This document shows positions 1 to 10,918 of a stretch of DNA of 64,000 bases, in pieces; within the stretch, counting starts at the first letter, position 1; each line of letters starts with the position of its first letter. This stretch comes from Gloeobacterales cyanobacterium (GTDB taxonomy: Bacteria; Cyanobacteriota; Cyanobacteriia; Gloeobacterales; PMM-0068). Location of the stretch: the NCBI GenBank assembly GCA_038245785.1, contig JBBRSB010000001.1, positions 192,001-256,000 on the forward strand, given 5' to 3'. Both the position numbers and the translations under genes were made by a program. The notes under the pieces are model-generated. The model searched no databases. It was not told the origin of the DNA and worked only from the letters and a program-made list of their open reading frames with translations.

Positions 1-2248
1 TTGCCTTTGCTTCTACAGTTAAGGCATAGATATCCCGAATCCCATCAAAAAAGCCTGTATAGGTAGCGGGATTAGAACGAGGAGTGCGGCCAATGGGAGA
101 TTGGTCAATGACAATTACTTTGTCGAGATGACGGGTGCCTTTGACGCTCTCAATCCCATGTGGCTTAGGAACGTTTGCTTTGCTGACCGTATGTTGGAGA
201 TAGGGATAAAGCAGTTCGTTAATGAGCGTAGACTTACCAGAGCCAGAGACTCCGGTGATGCAGACCAAACTGCCGAGGGGAATGGCTACATCTACATGCT
301 GTAAATTGTTGAGATGGGCATCTTTGATTTCCAGCTTCAGTCCACTACCAGGGCGACGCTTGACTGGAGTTTCAATCTTTTTGCGACCGGACAGATATTC
401 TCCCGTAATAGAATTCTTACACTCAATAATGTCCGTTAATTTCCCTTTTGCAACAATCTCACCGCCATGCACGCCCGCGCCAGGACCGATATCGACAATG
501 AAATCGGCAGCACGCATCGTCTCCTCATCATGCTCTACTACGATCAAGGTATTGTCCAAATCACGGAGCTTGAATAGGGTTTTCAAGAGCCGTTCATTAT
601 CTCTTTGATGGAGACCAATACTCGGTTCATCGAGCACATAGAGTACGCCTGTCAAGCCTGAGCCAATTTGGGTTGCCAAACGGATGCGCTGTGCTTCTCC
701 TCCAGATAAAGTCATCGCCGGACGGTCCAGGCTTAAATAATCGAGTCCGACATCGAGTAAGAACTGTAGTCGGGCACCAATCTCTTTTAGGACTTGCTCT
801 GCAATTTTCGCTTGCCGGGGTGATAGGTTGACATTGCGCACATGCTCCAGGCACTGGTCAATCGAGACATTAGTAAAATCCAGAATATTATGTTGCCCCA
901 GCTTTACGGAAAGAACCTCTGGTTTTAGTCTGGTTCCCTTACAGGTTTGACAGGGCTGGCTAATAATATATTGTTCTAGTTTTTGTTTGAATTGCTCTGA
1001 ATTGGATTCATGGTAACGTCGCTTGAGATTGGGAATAACGCCTTCAAAGCGTGTGGTATAGCCTCGTTTATTCTCATACCAGGATTCTGCATCGACATAA
1101 ATTTCGGCAGCATCCCCATGCAGAATAGAGTGCTTTTGGCTATCCGTCAGTTTGTCCCAGGGCGTATTGATATTAAAACCAGCCTGTTTACCAAGGCTGA
1201 CGAGAAGGTCTACGTAATAGGCATTTCCTGTTTCGGCCCAGGGAGCAATCGCTGCATAAACCGGGAGCGTCGGGTTCGGAATAATCAGATGGGGCGAGAA
1301 TTCTTGTTCGGTGCCCAGACCATGGCACGCAGGACAGGCACCATAGGGAGAATTGAAAGAAAACAAGCGGGGCGAAAGTTCATCCATGACGGAACCGTGG
1401 ACCGCGCAGGCATAGTTGGCAGAGAAAAGCAATTCTGGCGCTTTTACAGGGGCTTCTTCAGTTCCATATTGCCCTGACTGTTCGGCCACCTTGCGCAGGA
1501 CTTCTCCTTCTTCTTCGCTGCGGGGCATCAATTCTAAGAGGACCGTACCTTCCCCTCGCTGCAAGGCCGTTCCTAGGGAATCAGCTAATCGCTCTTCGAT
1601 GCCTTCTTTGCGCACCAAACGGTCAATCACGATTTCGATACTGTGACTCTGGGTTTTGTTGAGCTTAATTTCCTCACTGCTGAGGTCTTTCACTTCTCCG
1701 TCCACACGCACCCGCACAAAACCTTCTGCGCTCAAACCAGAAAGAAGCTTGGCATGGGTCCCTTTTTTACCCCGAACGACGGGGGCTAAAAGTTGAAACC
1801 GAGTCCCCTCCGGTAGCGCCATGGTTTGGTCTACGATTTGCTCGACGGTCTGAGGCTCAATCGGACGACCGCAGTGAGGGCAGTAGGGCTTGCCAGCACG
1901 TCCAAACAGTAAGCGCAGGTAGTCATAGATCTCGGTGACGGTACCGACGGTAGAACGAGGATTATGAGAGGTGGATTTTTGGTCGATGGAAATAGCGGGA
2001 CTGAGGCCATCAATATGGTCCACGTCCGGTTTGTCTAGCTGGCCGAGGAATTGGCGAGCATAGGCAGATAGGGATTCTACATAGCGCCGCTGTCCCTCTG
2101 CAAAAATCGTATCGAAGGCAAGAGAAGACTTGCCCGACCCAGAAACTCCGGTGAAGACCACCAGTTGGTTGCGGGGGATTTCCAGGGAAATATTCTTGAG
2201 GTTGTGCTGCCGCGCACCCTGGACGTAGATCGTATCCCGCTCTGCCAT
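1..2248 (-). CDS. uvrA: Excinuclease ABC subunit A, 3' end beyond the window edge
   Basis: Absent from the ORF track because it has no stop in the window. Manual translation from ATG 2248 gives [59 protein letters not shown]; later [37 protein letters not shown]. Confidence 0.97.
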   Translation of the reverse strand, partial: MAERDTIYVQGARQHNLKNISLEIPRNQLVVFTGVSGSGKSSLAFDTIFAEGQRRYVESLSAYARQFLGQLDKPDVDHIDGLSPAISIDQKSTSHNPRSTVGTVTEIYDYLRLLFGRAGKPYCPHCGRPIEPQTVEQIVDQTMALPEGTRFQLLAPVVRGKKGTHAKLLSGLSAEGFVRVRVDGEVKDLSSEEIKLNKTQSHSIEIVIDRLVRKEGIEERLADSLGTALQRGEGTVLLELMPRSEEEGEVLRKVAEQSGQYGTEEAPVKAPELLFSANYACAVHGSVMDELSPRLFSFNSPYGACPACHGLGTEQEFSPHLIIPNPTLPVYAAIAPWAETGNAYYVDLLVSLGKQAGFNINTPWDKLTDSQKHSILHGDAAEIYVDAESWYENKRGYTTRFEGVIPNLKRRYHESNSEQFKQKLEQYIISQPCQTCKGTRLKPEVLSVKLGQHNILDFTNVSIDQCLEHVRNVNLSPRQAKIAEQVLKEIGARLQFLLDVGLDYLSLDRPAMTLSGGEAQRIRLATQIGSGLTGVLYVLDEPSIGLHQRDNERLLKTLFKLRDLDNTLIVVEHDEETMRAADFIVDIGPGAGVHGGEIVAKGKLTDIIECKNSITGEYLSGRKKIETPVKRRPGSGLKLEIKDAHLNNLQHVDVAIPLGSLVCITGVSGSGKSTLINELLYPYLQHTVSKANVPKPHGIESVKGTRHLDKVIVIDQSPIGRTPRSNPATYTGFFDGIRDIYALTVEAKA

Positions 2249-2367
2249 CAGTTTTTCTCTAGGTAATCCTCTATCTTAAATTAAGAAATGTGTAGTGGAA
2301 CGTCAGCCCTTTTCTTGCTTTCTGTAAGAGTGGAGTATGCTGACTTCGCCTGTGATCCTATTTTAAA

Positions 2368-3447
2368 ATGTCAAATCCTAATGAGCCCATGGCTGATATT
2401 GATGCTGATGCCCTGTTACAGACGCTCCGACGGAAAGAAGGAACTTGGGTAGAGTGGGGTGCTGCCTGTGAACAACTGCTAAAAGCAGGCAAGAGCGCAC
2501 AGGTTATTTTTGAAGCGACGGGCTTTGAACCAATCTTACAAAATCAAATTGTGGTTGGGGCTCAAGTCTATGCCACTTTGGTGCAAAAGGGAGCTTCTGC
2601 CAGCACGATTGAGCACTTTCGGGATAGAGGCAGCGACATTCTCTATGAACTGCGCGTTCTGGGTCAAGAAGAGCGGGTCAGTGCCAGTGAATTGGTCCAC
2701 GCTAAGAAATTAGATATTGTCAGCGTCCGGGAACTCGTTAAAGCCGTCAAAGACTTTTCTCGTCTAGGCGTCGTTCCTGAAGGCTTCTCTACCCATCCGG
2801 GCGATATAGTAGCCTATCAATCGTGGAAATCAGCCCGTCAAGAGAAAAAGCTGGAAGACCGTGCTCGCCATATTGCCCGTGGCTTGGCCTATTTCCATAG
2901 CGATTCGGCCCGTCAGAAGTTAGAAGAACTGCTCACTGATTTCTCCGTGGTCAAGGTTCGCAAAGCGCCTCGCTTACCGATCTACCGCCTGGATTCCGAA
3001 GAAGAGCTGCCTTGTCTATTGCCTGTAATTGGTGAGTATCCAGTGACGAAAGCTGCTCTAAGAGCCGCGCCCGTGGTGGTGGAAGAAGGTCCTTTCAAAA
3101 TAATTACCGCCAAGACGCTCCTATCTTGGGTAGCGATACCCGGCTGGCAAGTAGTCCGCCTTTCTGATGATCCAGTGGCGATTGTGGCGACTACAGCTGT
3201 CTTTCCTGAAGATGCTCCTGGTGCAACCCCTGGCCCTGTGGAACCTATCTTGCTGGTAGTTGACCGTGCCCAACGGGAATGGGATGCGGACAGCTATTTC
3301 TTGGTAGAGCAAGACGGTCAAACCCAGTTGCAATGGTTAGAAGAAGATTCCAAGGCGGAACTCCTAGGGCGTTTAGTCCTGATTCTGCGTCCCAAGCGTT
3401 TCTTCGATGAAGCAGCTTCTAGAGACCTGTGGCAAATTGACGAGTGA
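2368..3447 (+). CDS. raf1: RuBisCO accumulation factor 1
   Basis: LRRKEGTWVEWG, IFEATGFEPILQNQIVVGAQVY and C-terminal LVLILRPK...WQIDE are typical of cyanobacterial Raf1. Confidence 0.92.
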   Translation: MSNPNEPMADIDADALLQTLRRKEGTWVEWGAACEQLLKAGKSAQVIFEATGFEPILQNQIVVGAQVYATLVQKGASASTIEHFRDRGSDILYELRVLGQEERVSASELVHAKKLDIVSVRELVKAVKDFSRLGVVPEGFSTHPGDIVAYQSWKSARQEKKLEDRARHIARGLAYFHSDSARQKLEELLTDFSVVKVRKAPRLPIYRLDSEEELPCLLPVIGEYPVTKAALRAAPVVVEEGPFKIITAKTLLSWVAIPGWQVVRLSDDPVAIVATTAVFPEDAPGATPGPVEPILLVVDRAQREWDADSYFLVEQDGQTQLQWLEEDSKAELLGRLVLILRPKRFFDEAASRDLWQIDE

Positions 3448-3507
3448 TCCCCCCTAGCGAAAAAGCAACTTTGAGCTGTCAGCAGCGTTGCCCTCCTAGA
3501 TAAGGGT

Positions 3508-3523
3508 GGAGCGGGGGGATCTC
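3508..3523. repeat. G/C-run REP-like repeat (GGAGCGGGGGGATCTC), also at 13591-13606
   Basis: 16-nt identical intergenic match, each copy preceded by a CCC..GGG hairpin. Confidence 0.55.
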
Positions 3524-3544
3524 TGGTTCAAGTGACGGTTGAAT

Positions 3545-3940
3545 TCAGGGAATGAATAGGCGACCCACTCCCATGCACTTTTCGATATCCAGCAAAATCT
3601 CAAGAATACGGTCAACACAACGAGTTCGATAGGCCCGATCTGTTAGCAATCGATCAGCATCTCCAATCGTAATTACGGGAAGTGACTCTAGTGTATTTTC
3701 CTCGCGAAGGACTTGCTCTAGTGAATTCTGGCCCTTCATACTTCGATTAGCAGTGAGCAAAATCATCTGATTGGTCTGCGCAATCCGCCAAACGATTCGG
3801 TCGTTACTGTCAATCGACAGATTCATCTCCTTGAAGGTAACAAAGCGAATTGGCAGTAGCTCTAACCAACCCTGACTCGCCATATTGCCCAATAAAATCT
3901 CTGCATGTCCTGCCAGATTGTGATCAACAAGGAAAATCAT
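3545..3940 (-). CDS. DUF5615 PIN-like toxin
   Basis: N-terminal FLVDHNL, D-x2-VW and ILLTAN motifs; overlaps the upstream DUF433 gene by 4 nt. Confidence 0.8.
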   Translation of the reverse strand: MIFLVDHNLAGHAEILLGNMASQGWLELLPIRFVTFKEMNLSIDSNDRIVWRIAQTNQMILLTANRSMKGQNSLEQVLREENTLESLPVITIGDADRLLTDRAYRTRCVDRILEILLDIEKCMGVGRLFIP

Positions 3941-4311
3941 GCTTCTAGTTCATGTCTAGCTTTCTGCTCTTGAAGTTTTGCCCAGAGAGCCTCTCGACCT
4001 GGCTTGGGTGGCATCGCTTCAACATGGGCAAAATGCTCACGATTACGTTCTTCCCAGTACTGCCGATTTTCCTGAGCCTGCTTTAGAACAACTTGATACT
4101 CTGCTTCAACTTCAGCGCGATTTGCTTCAATGTAGGACAAGGCTGCATTCATTTGATCGTCTGTAAGGTCAAAGAGAGAGCGAATAAACTTCGAGGGGTA
4201 CTGAGCCGTCACATAGTCCATCACGTCGTAGAGAGTGATTCGTGTGCCTGAAATTGTTAGCCCACGCTCTGTACGGATAATCGTTGGTTTTTGGTTAGAC
4301 ATTGAAGTCAT
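3937..4311 (-). CDS. DUF433 antitoxin
   Basis: GLTISGTRITLYDVMDY...LTDDQMNAALSY DUF433 HTH pattern; translationally coupled to the PIN-like gene. Confidence 0.85.
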   Translation of the reverse strand: MTSMSNQKPTIIRTERGLTISGTRITLYDVMDYVTAQYPSKFIRSLFDLTDDQMNAALSYIEANRAEVEAEYQVVLKQAQENRQYWEERNREHFAHVEAMPPKPGREALWAKLQEQKARHELEA

Positions 4312-4634
4312 ACCTAGTGGCCTCTGAAGCCTTCAATGGTTTTCCTTTATCGTATCTCACTCTCACTATTCTGCTGCTTTTCAAGGTGAAGCTTAAAAAG
4401 CTCTAAGTTATCTCAGATTGGGATCTGAGAACAACTAGCTTTAAACAAAAATGCTATAAATATAGTCATACAAAATTGGAAGTGATCGAAAAACATGACA
4501 GTTCTTGTTAGTGCTTTTATTGCTGCTGCAATTGATGAACCTGCCTACCAAGAATTCATCAAATTCTGAGTTTGTGAATCTGGCCGAGAAATTTAAAGGC
4601 ATTGACCTTTAACTAAATTAATTGTGGAGTGAAA

Positions 4635-4790
4635 ATGCAGGGCGAGTGGATCAGAAAACCGAAAAGCGAAGTTTCAGTTGTCTTTGTGCATGGGATTCGG
4701 TCAAGTGGAAAAGACTGCTGGCAGCATGAAAACGGTAGTTATTGGCCTGAGTTGCTGAAAAGTGAGGCGGAACTCGATTCGCTCAGTTAA
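4635..4790 (+). pseudogene. N-terminal fragment of an alpha/beta-hydrolase (esterase/lipase-like)
   Basis: 51-aa ORF MQGEWIRKPKSEVSVVFVHGIRSSGKDCWQHENGSYWPELL with a GGAG RBS. It carries the VFVHG oxyanion motif and stops before any GxSxG. Confidence 0.6.
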
Positions 4791-4900
4791 ACTTCAGCTC
4801 TGTCCTTAGATTAATCACAGGCAAGCGAGGGAAGTCTAACCAAATGGACTGGAGGAAAAATGTTACTAAACAGCTGCTTATTTTCGTTGGTTTGCTGATA

Positions 4901-6589
4901 CTAGCTGCATTCTTCAGCCAAGCTTTTGCATATCGTTGCATTCTTAAAAAGCGTTCCTAGTATCTTATCGTTATAAGATTTTGTGAGTATAGCTATCACT
5001 TTTTCCACTACCTCATTCACAGCCGCATCCCAGTCATAATTGCCAGTATCAAAAGAGTAATCGTTTGCCGCTCGCTCAATATTTAGCTTTTTAAAAACCA
5101 GCATCGTAATGAATCTGTTGCCGTGAATGAGCACACCATATTTCTTACCGCTTCGTTTCAAAAGCTCCGAGGTTTGCCTCCCCAATGCTTCGTCAATTTT
5201 TCGGAGTGACAAAACAACATTGCGCAAAAAGATTCCCGTAGTGTTTGGGTTGAAAATAGTTTTATAGGGTGCCTTTGTCAAGTTTTCGAAAAACTTTCCA
5301 ATCTCCCTCTTTGCTTGGACGGCCATACTAGCTTGGCCTGTGCAACATGCAAGGGCAACTGTAGCTTCCGATAAATCTATAGCTAGATTACTAGGCTTAA
5401 AATTTTCGGAGCGCACAATGTTATAGTCTATGCCTTCAATGGCGAGTTCACTTCGCAAACGGATCTGTTGTTCATCTAGTGAGACGAAATCACGATTCTC
5501 AATTCTGTTTTGGCGATTGTTTGTTTTCGTCACATTTGCGCCGAAACTTACATCCGCACCTTCGAGAGATATGAGACGTATAGGAACTCGGACGCGCTCC
5601 AAATTTTGCCCTGCTTCAAGCTTATATCTTCCAATAACGCTTACAGTTTGTGCGCCGTTCACAATACTCACATTGGTGGCCTTGAAGGATCCGATATCCC
5701 GACCATTACCTCCGACCATTGATTTCTTGATCGTATCTGCAACAAGCGTAATGCCATTGTTAAAATACCAGAAGTGATCTGGGCATTGTTCAAGTGTGCT
5801 TTTAACCTCGTCGTTTACTTCAGTTGCTCCGAGCATCTGCCGAATATTTTTTGAGAATAACCTTTTACCCTTGTTTGCCCACCAGTTTGCAACTTCTTCA
5901 CCTGCTACCATTCCATAGAAAGCCAAATGCGGTTCTTCAAGCTTCCCCCACTGCGATAAGCCAATTTCTAAGTCTATTGGCTCTCCATCTAATCCGCTGG
6001 CTAAGCTAGAGTGGATAGTTGCTTGGTTCAGGTGATGGAAAGTGACAACATCATCATTTTCTCCATCTCCTGCGTCATTCAGTTCATTAAGAAGATCATC
6101 AATTACGCGTTGACTATGCATGCTAAGGGACTGCGATCCAGTGTGTATTAGCACTAAGTCAAATTTAGTGTCGAACTCCCCGAGCGCCGCTTCAATTACA
6201 CTTTGCTTTTTGACAACCTTGGCATTAAATCTGTCGAGGTTAAGGTTCACTAGATCGAAAACGCCATCTTTAAACTTTCTTGTTTCACTGCTCTCCGGCT
6301 CCCCATTCCCGTCTCTTTTCCACTTTGACTGAACGATCACCATTCGCTTAGTAACTGGAGAGTAGTAAACGGCATCTATGCCATTGTCTTCGCCTCCATC
6401 TACGACTGCAGCAGCGGCATCTGCTTCTGATGTACCACCAATAGAATAAATTGCGTATGCAGCCAAGCAGCGTGTCAGAACTTTTGGGTCGTATTCCTTG
6501 TCGCTTGGGCTCAAATCGGACAAATCTAGCTTATCGGCAAAAAGTCCTCGAATTTTGCTAGCAATTTGATTTACGTGAATAATGCTCAT
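4901..6589 (-). CDS. AIPR (abortive infection phage resistance) family protein
   Basis: DGGEDNGIDA, VQSKW, LFSKNIRQMLG, FWYFNNGIT, IVNGAQT and NNRQNRI motifs; more AT-rich than the flanking core genes. Confidence 0.9.
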   Translation of the reverse strand: MSIIHVNQIASKIRGLFADKLDLSDLSPSDKEYDPKVLTRCLAAYAIYSIGGTSEADAAAAVVDGGEDNGIDAVYYSPVTKRMVIVQSKWKRDGNGEPESSETRKFKDGVFDLVNLNLDRFNAKVVKKQSVIEAALGEFDTKFDLVLIHTGSQSLSMHSQRVIDDLLNELNDAGDGENDDVVTFHHLNQATIHSSLASGLDGEPIDLEIGLSQWGKLEEPHLAFYGMVAGEEVANWWANKGKRLFSKNIRQMLGATEVNDEVKSTLEQCPDHFWYFNNGITLVADTIKKSMVGGNGRDIGSFKATNVSIVNGAQTVSVIGRYKLEAGQNLERVRVPIRLISLEGADVSFGANVTKTNNRQNRIENRDFVSLDEQQIRLRSELAIEGIDYNIVRSENFKPSNLAIDLSEATVALACCTGQASMAVQAKREIGKFFENLTKAPYKTIFNPNTTGIFLRNVVLSLRKIDEALGRQTSELLKRSGKKYGVLIHGNRFITMLVFKKLNIERAANDYSFDTGNYDWDAAVNEVVEKVIAILTKSYNDKILGTLFKNATICKSLAEECS

Positions 6590-6685
6590 GCTATTTTTTT
6601 GTGATTCTTGTTGTGCATAGCTATTTATTTAACCACACCTGTACTGTCTAACTCTGCAACATATGATTTATCCCCCATATGTGCA

Positions 6686-6715
6686 TTATAGTTCCCAAAT
6701 CTTGGGGAACTATAA
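6686..6715. repeat. Perfect 11-8-11 inverted repeat upstream of AIPR
   Basis: TTATAGTTCCC-aaatcttg-GGGAACTATAA. Confidence 0.8.
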
Positions 6716-6918
6716 CGAGATTCACTGATGAGTCCACTAACTTAACCACTTCGCTTATTTGACTAGGTCAGGCAAGTTGCCCAGCAAATTAGTAATGCGA
6801 AGTTGTCTATAAAGGCATCGTAAATATTCTTAACTTTCAAATAGTTATATCGTCGAATTGTCGAATTATGGAGTGAATCACAAATCTACCCTCTGGACGC
6901 AAGCTACAAAAAGCTCGG

Positions 6919-8544
6919 CTACTTTCGTGCAATTGGCATCCGCCAACCCGTGCCAAAAGCGCGGTCAGTCACTTTTAACCCTGGAGGAGCCTGACGGCGT
7001 TTGAATTCTGCAACTTGGACAAGACGCAGCACTTTCTTGACGGTCACTGGGTCAAAACCGGATTCTATCAGCTCTTCTGCTCCTTCATGCCGCTCAATGT
7101 GGTGATAGAGCAGCCCATCCAAAAGCTCATAGGGCGGTAGGGAATCCTGGTCTTTTTGGTCGGGACGCAATTCAGCAGAAGGCGGCTTTTCTAAAATATT
7201 CCAGGGAATTTTTTCCTCGTCACGATTGAGCCATTGGCAGACGCGATAGACCCACGTTTTTGGGAGGTCTGAGATAACCGCTAAGCCTCCGGACATATCA
7301 CCATAGATTGTGCAATAACCGACAGCCAGTTCTGACTTGTTGCCTGTGGTCAGCAGCATCGACCCAAACTTATTGGAGAGGGCCATCAGGAGATTGCCCC
7401 GAATCCGGGATTGAATATTTTCTTCAGTCACATCGGCTGCTCTTCCCGTGAAGGGACCCGCCAAAGTTTCTTCAAACGCTTTCATCAAAGGAGCAATCGG
7501 CAGCGTCATCGTTTCCATACCCAGATGCTTGGCAAGCTGGAGGGCATCGGTAATACTGCCTGGACTGGAATAGGGAGAAGGCATCAACACGCCCAACACA
7601 TTCTCTGGCCCTAAGGCTTCCACGGCAATCGCTGCAGTCAAAGCGGAGTCTACGCCGCCAGAAAGACCGAGTAAAACCTTCTTGAATACACATTTCTGAA
7701 CGTAATCATGGGTTCCGAGCACCAGACATTGCCATAGCTCTTTTTGGCAGTCTTCGGCGGGTAAAATAACCGGGGTTTGGTCTAAATCCACGACTAGGGC
7801 TTCTTCGGCAAACGCTTGAGCCCGTGCAAGAATCTGACCTTTGGCATTGAGGATCATGCTCTGCCCATCAAAAACTAAGTCATCATTGCCACCCACTTGA
7901 TTGACATAGACAACAGGGAGCTGGTGTTTAAGGGCTAGTTGGCTGAGCATCGATTCGCGCAACGCTTGCTTGCCTACCGTGAAAGGAGAGGCCGAAAGAT
8001 TGACCAGACACTGTGCTCCTTGCTGTACCAAGGTTGCCACTGGGTCTTGGTGATAGCGTTGGCGTTGCCAGAAATCTCGGTCGTTCCAGAGGTCCTCGCA
8101 GATACTGACCCCGACGGACAGGCCATTGATATCAAGTAGTTGCGCTTCTCTCGCTGGCTCGAAGTAACGGTCTTCATCAAAAACATCGTAGGTCGGCAGC
8201 AGAGTTTTGCGCAGAGTCGGACCAAGCTTGCCCTGATGGAGCAAAACGGCGCTATTAAACAAAGGTCGCCCCTGTTTCGCTGGATTTGGTTCGGCAATGC
8301 CCACGAGTACAGGAGGCAATCCCGCTAACCGTTGAGCTAAGTCTGCCAGAACCTTCCAGGCCCGCTGGACAAACCCTCGATCCAGCAGCAAGTCTCGGGG
8401 CGGATAACCCAAGAGCGCCAGTTCTGAAGTTATCATCAGGTCTGGATTTTGGAGGGCAGCGGTTTGGGCCTGCGCCAAAATCCGCGCTGCATTCCCTTCC
8501 AAGTCGCCAACAGTGGGATTAAGCTGTAGAAGTGCCAGTTTCAT
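6919..8544 (-). CDS. nadE: Glutamine-dependent NAD+ synthetase
   Basis: Nitrilase domain (EL..GYPP, LPTYDVFDEDRYF, ICED) plus synthetase domain (LGLSGGVDS, TGNKSE, PPSAELRPDQKD). Confidence 0.95.
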   Translation of the reverse strand: MKLALLQLNPTVGDLEGNAARILAQAQTAALQNPDLMITSELALLGYPPRDLLLDRGFVQRAWKVLADLAQRLAGLPPVLVGIAEPNPAKQGRPLFNSAVLLHQGKLGPTLRKTLLPTYDVFDEDRYFEPAREAQLLDINGLSVGVSICEDLWNDRDFWQRQRYHQDPVATLVQQGAQCLVNLSASPFTVGKQALRESMLSQLALKHQLPVVYVNQVGGNDDLVFDGQSMILNAKGQILARAQAFAEEALVVDLDQTPVILPAEDCQKELWQCLVLGTHDYVQKCVFKKVLLGLSGGVDSALTAAIAVEALGPENVLGVLMPSPYSSPGSITDALQLAKHLGMETMTLPIAPLMKAFEETLAGPFTGRAADVTEENIQSRIRGNLLMALSNKFGSMLLTTGNKSELAVGYCTIYGDMSGGLAVISDLPKTWVYRVCQWLNRDEEKIPWNILEKPPSAELRPDQKDQDSLPPYELLDGLLYHHIERHEGAEELIESGFDPVTVKKVLRLVQVAEFKRRQAPPGLKVTDRAFGTGWRMPIARK

Positions 8545-8697
8545 CGATACGGGTAATGGCTACATCCCAGCGTAGGGGAAAGACCAGAAAATCGCTGAAG
8601 TTATTTAAATGTGAAAACAAATTCAAAAATCTTTGCGACCGATAAAGCAGTGCGGGCTTGGCCTTGCTAAACTCCTCCGTACTATTTTTTTGCCAGA

Positions 8698-9351
8698 ATG
8701 TTTTTAGAGGCATTGATCTTGCAAGGAGACAAAATGGCCATCGTAAACAAATCCAATGGTCTACTCGCTGAGTTTGCCATTTTCCCTGTAAAACCTGATA
8801 AGCAAGAGGCCTTGGTAGAGCGCGTTATCGACAACATCGAGTCTGTCCTCAAACAACAACCTGGCTTTGCCTCTGGCACTGTGCACCGCAGCCGAGATGG
8901 CCTTCGGGTCACGAGCTATGTCCAGTGGATTGACCGGGACGCGTATTTAGCCAGTCAGGCCTTTGCTGATTTTGACCCACCTGATTTTCACCTCTTTGAG
9001 ATTTTTGCTGAAGAACCTGAGGGTAGTCAGCTACAGCTTTCACCAGATATGGATGGTCTTATCAACTTCGGTATCTTTAAGATAAAAGACCCAGAGAATC
9101 AGCCCCGATTCGCTGAGCTGTTTCAGAAGACGCTCAAGATGGTTTCAGGACAAGCAGGCCTTATTTCCACCCATGCTCATCGCAGCCTGGATGGCTGGCG
9201 TTGTATCAACTTTGGGCACTGGCATTCATTAGCAGAGTTCACCGCTATGGATTCAAACCGCCCCTTCTCTCCCCTCTTTGGAGAAATGCTTGAGCTGGCA
9301 GACAACGAGTATCAGCCGATGCTACATGAAGTAGTCTTTACGACTGAATAG
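8698..9351 (+). CDS. Antibiotic biosynthesis monooxygenase (ABM) family protein with two domains
   Basis: Two repeats: QPGFASGTVHRSRDG..VTSYVQW and QAGLISTHAHRSLDG..CINFGHW. True start may be ATG 8734. Confidence 0.75.
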   Translation: MFLEALILQGDKMAIVNKSNGLLAEFAIFPVKPDKQEALVERVIDNIESVLKQQPGFASGTVHRSRDGLRVTSYVQWIDRDAYLASQAFADFDPPDFHLFEIFAEEPEGSQLQLSPDMDGLINFGIFKIKDPENQPRFAELFQKTLKMVSGQAGLISTHAHRSLDGWRCINFGHWHSLAEFTAMDSNRPFSPLFGEMLELADNEYQPMLHEVVFTTE

Positions 9352-9441
9352 TTTTCTTCTCTAACTAACTTGATACTACTGCATAGTCTAGTATTATCCG
9401 ACACTTAAGATAAGAACCTGCAGGGATAGATAGAGAAACTA

Positions 9442-10713
9442 TTAAGAAGCATCTTCCAAGTTGAAAAGCACCTGCAACGACTGCAGCGCACGTCTGCGGA
9501 CTTCCACATCCTGCTCTGCTCTGAGCTGAACCATCGGATCGTGGAGGATTTTGTTGACGATGGCTCGGGTGAGACCATCAAGGACGGATTGATGCTTCTC
9601 TGCAAATTCGCTACCCAGGCGAGAAAGAGCTTTTTCCAATTCCTGTTCACGAATGTTCTCTACTTTTTCCCGCAGCGAATTGATCGTCGGCACTGCTTCT
9701 AAGGCTCTGCCCCAGGCTTGGAATTCTAGAACTTCTATTTCCACCATCTTTTCTACCTGGGCGGCAATCCGGCGGCGCAAAGCTCGATTGCCTTCCACCA
9801 CTTGCTTCAAATCGTCTACGTAGTAGGCTTTGACTTGATGCAACTCTTGAACATCCGGGGCCACATTGCGGGGCACACAAATATCGAAAATGGTTAGGGA
9901 TTTGCCGTTGAGATGGGGTTCTAAGGTAGACCGTTGCAAAATTGGTTCGGGTGAAGAAGTGCTCGTAAAGACCAAGTCTGCCCTAGCAGCGGTATGCAGC
10001 AGCTCTTCCATGGGCAGGACAGGAATGACGTGCTGGAACTGAGACAACATCACTTCCGCTTTAGCCGTCGAACGATTGATTACGCGGATGCGATTGGCCC
10101 CTTTGGCCAACAAATGCTTGATCAAGAGTTCGCTCATCTTGCCAGCGCCTACTACCACGCAATCTTGGGCGTGGAGGGCTTCTGTCTTCATGCAGGCGAG
10201 TTCCACGGCAGCAGAACTTACGTTCATCGCTCCGGTAGAAATATCTGTTTCTGTCCGGACGCGCTTACCCGCCGTTAGGGCTGTTTTGAAGAGATGATTC
10301 AAAACCCGGCCTGTACCCTGTGCTTTATGGGCTAGTTGATGGGCTGTTTTAACTTGAGCCAGAACCTGCCCCTCTCCTAAAACGAGCGAATCCAAGCCAG
10401 AAGCGACCCGCATCAGGTGAGTAACCGCATCTTCATGCAGGAGGACGAATAGATGGCGACGCAAGAAATTTAAGGGAATATTGTTCTCTTCAGAAAGATA
10501 CTGAATAATTTCCTGGACCCCTTGCTGGGTATCCGTCAGAACGGCATAAACTTCCATCCGGTTACAGGTGCTGAGGATGGCTATCTCTTTGATGTGCGGA
10601 TAAAACTTGAGGGTTTGAATCGTCTGGTGGACTGCTGATTCTGGAATACTGAGCCGCTCACGAATTTCAACTGATGCTGTTTTGTGACTTAGTCCTACCA
10701 CCGCGATCTTCAT
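9442..10713 (-). CDS. hemA: Glutamyl-tRNA reductase
   Basis: [25 protein letters not shown] and GAGKM motifs. Confidence 0.97.
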   Translation of the reverse strand: MKIAVVGLSHKTASVEIRERLSIPESAVHQTIQTLKFYPHIKEIAILSTCNRMEVYAVLTDTQQGVQEIIQYLSEENNIPLNFLRRHLFVLLHEDAVTHLMRVASGLDSLVLGEGQVLAQVKTAHQLAHKAQGTGRVLNHLFKTALTAGKRVRTETDISTGAMNVSSAAVELACMKTEALHAQDCVVVGAGKMSELLIKHLLAKGANRIRVINRSTAKAEVMLSQFQHVIPVLPMEELLHTAARADLVFTSTSSPEPILQRSTLEPHLNGKSLTIFDICVPRNVAPDVQELHQVKAYYVDDLKQVVEGNRALRRRIAAQVEKMVEIEVLEFQAWGRALEAVPTINSLREKVENIREQELEKALSRLGSEFAEKHQSVLDGLTRAIVNKILHDPMVQLRAEQDVEVRRRALQSLQVLFNLEDAS

Positions 10714-10918
10714 GAAAGTATCCTGCGTGTCTTGCTAAGGAATTTGGCTTCTTGGAATAACTTGACCACGCTGTATTGTACGAGTGACCCTAAAGACCCA
10801 ATGCAGACATAGTGTTACAAATTGTTATTTTGCCTACCATATTTTTAACATACACAGGACCCAAGGATTGCTATCACCCCAGTAAGATATCGGCTGAAAT
10901 CCGGTCCAGGTAGCTAGT

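Noticed and set aside
101..2013. Several short ORFs in the track (e.g. 222-608, 1010-1477)
   Set aside because: They are shadows of uvrA, which occupies 1-2248 on the minus strand.
10812..10831. HLR1 (RpaB)-like motif upstream of hemA
   Set aside because: The second half-site is too degenerate (GTTACAAA-tt-GTTATTTT).
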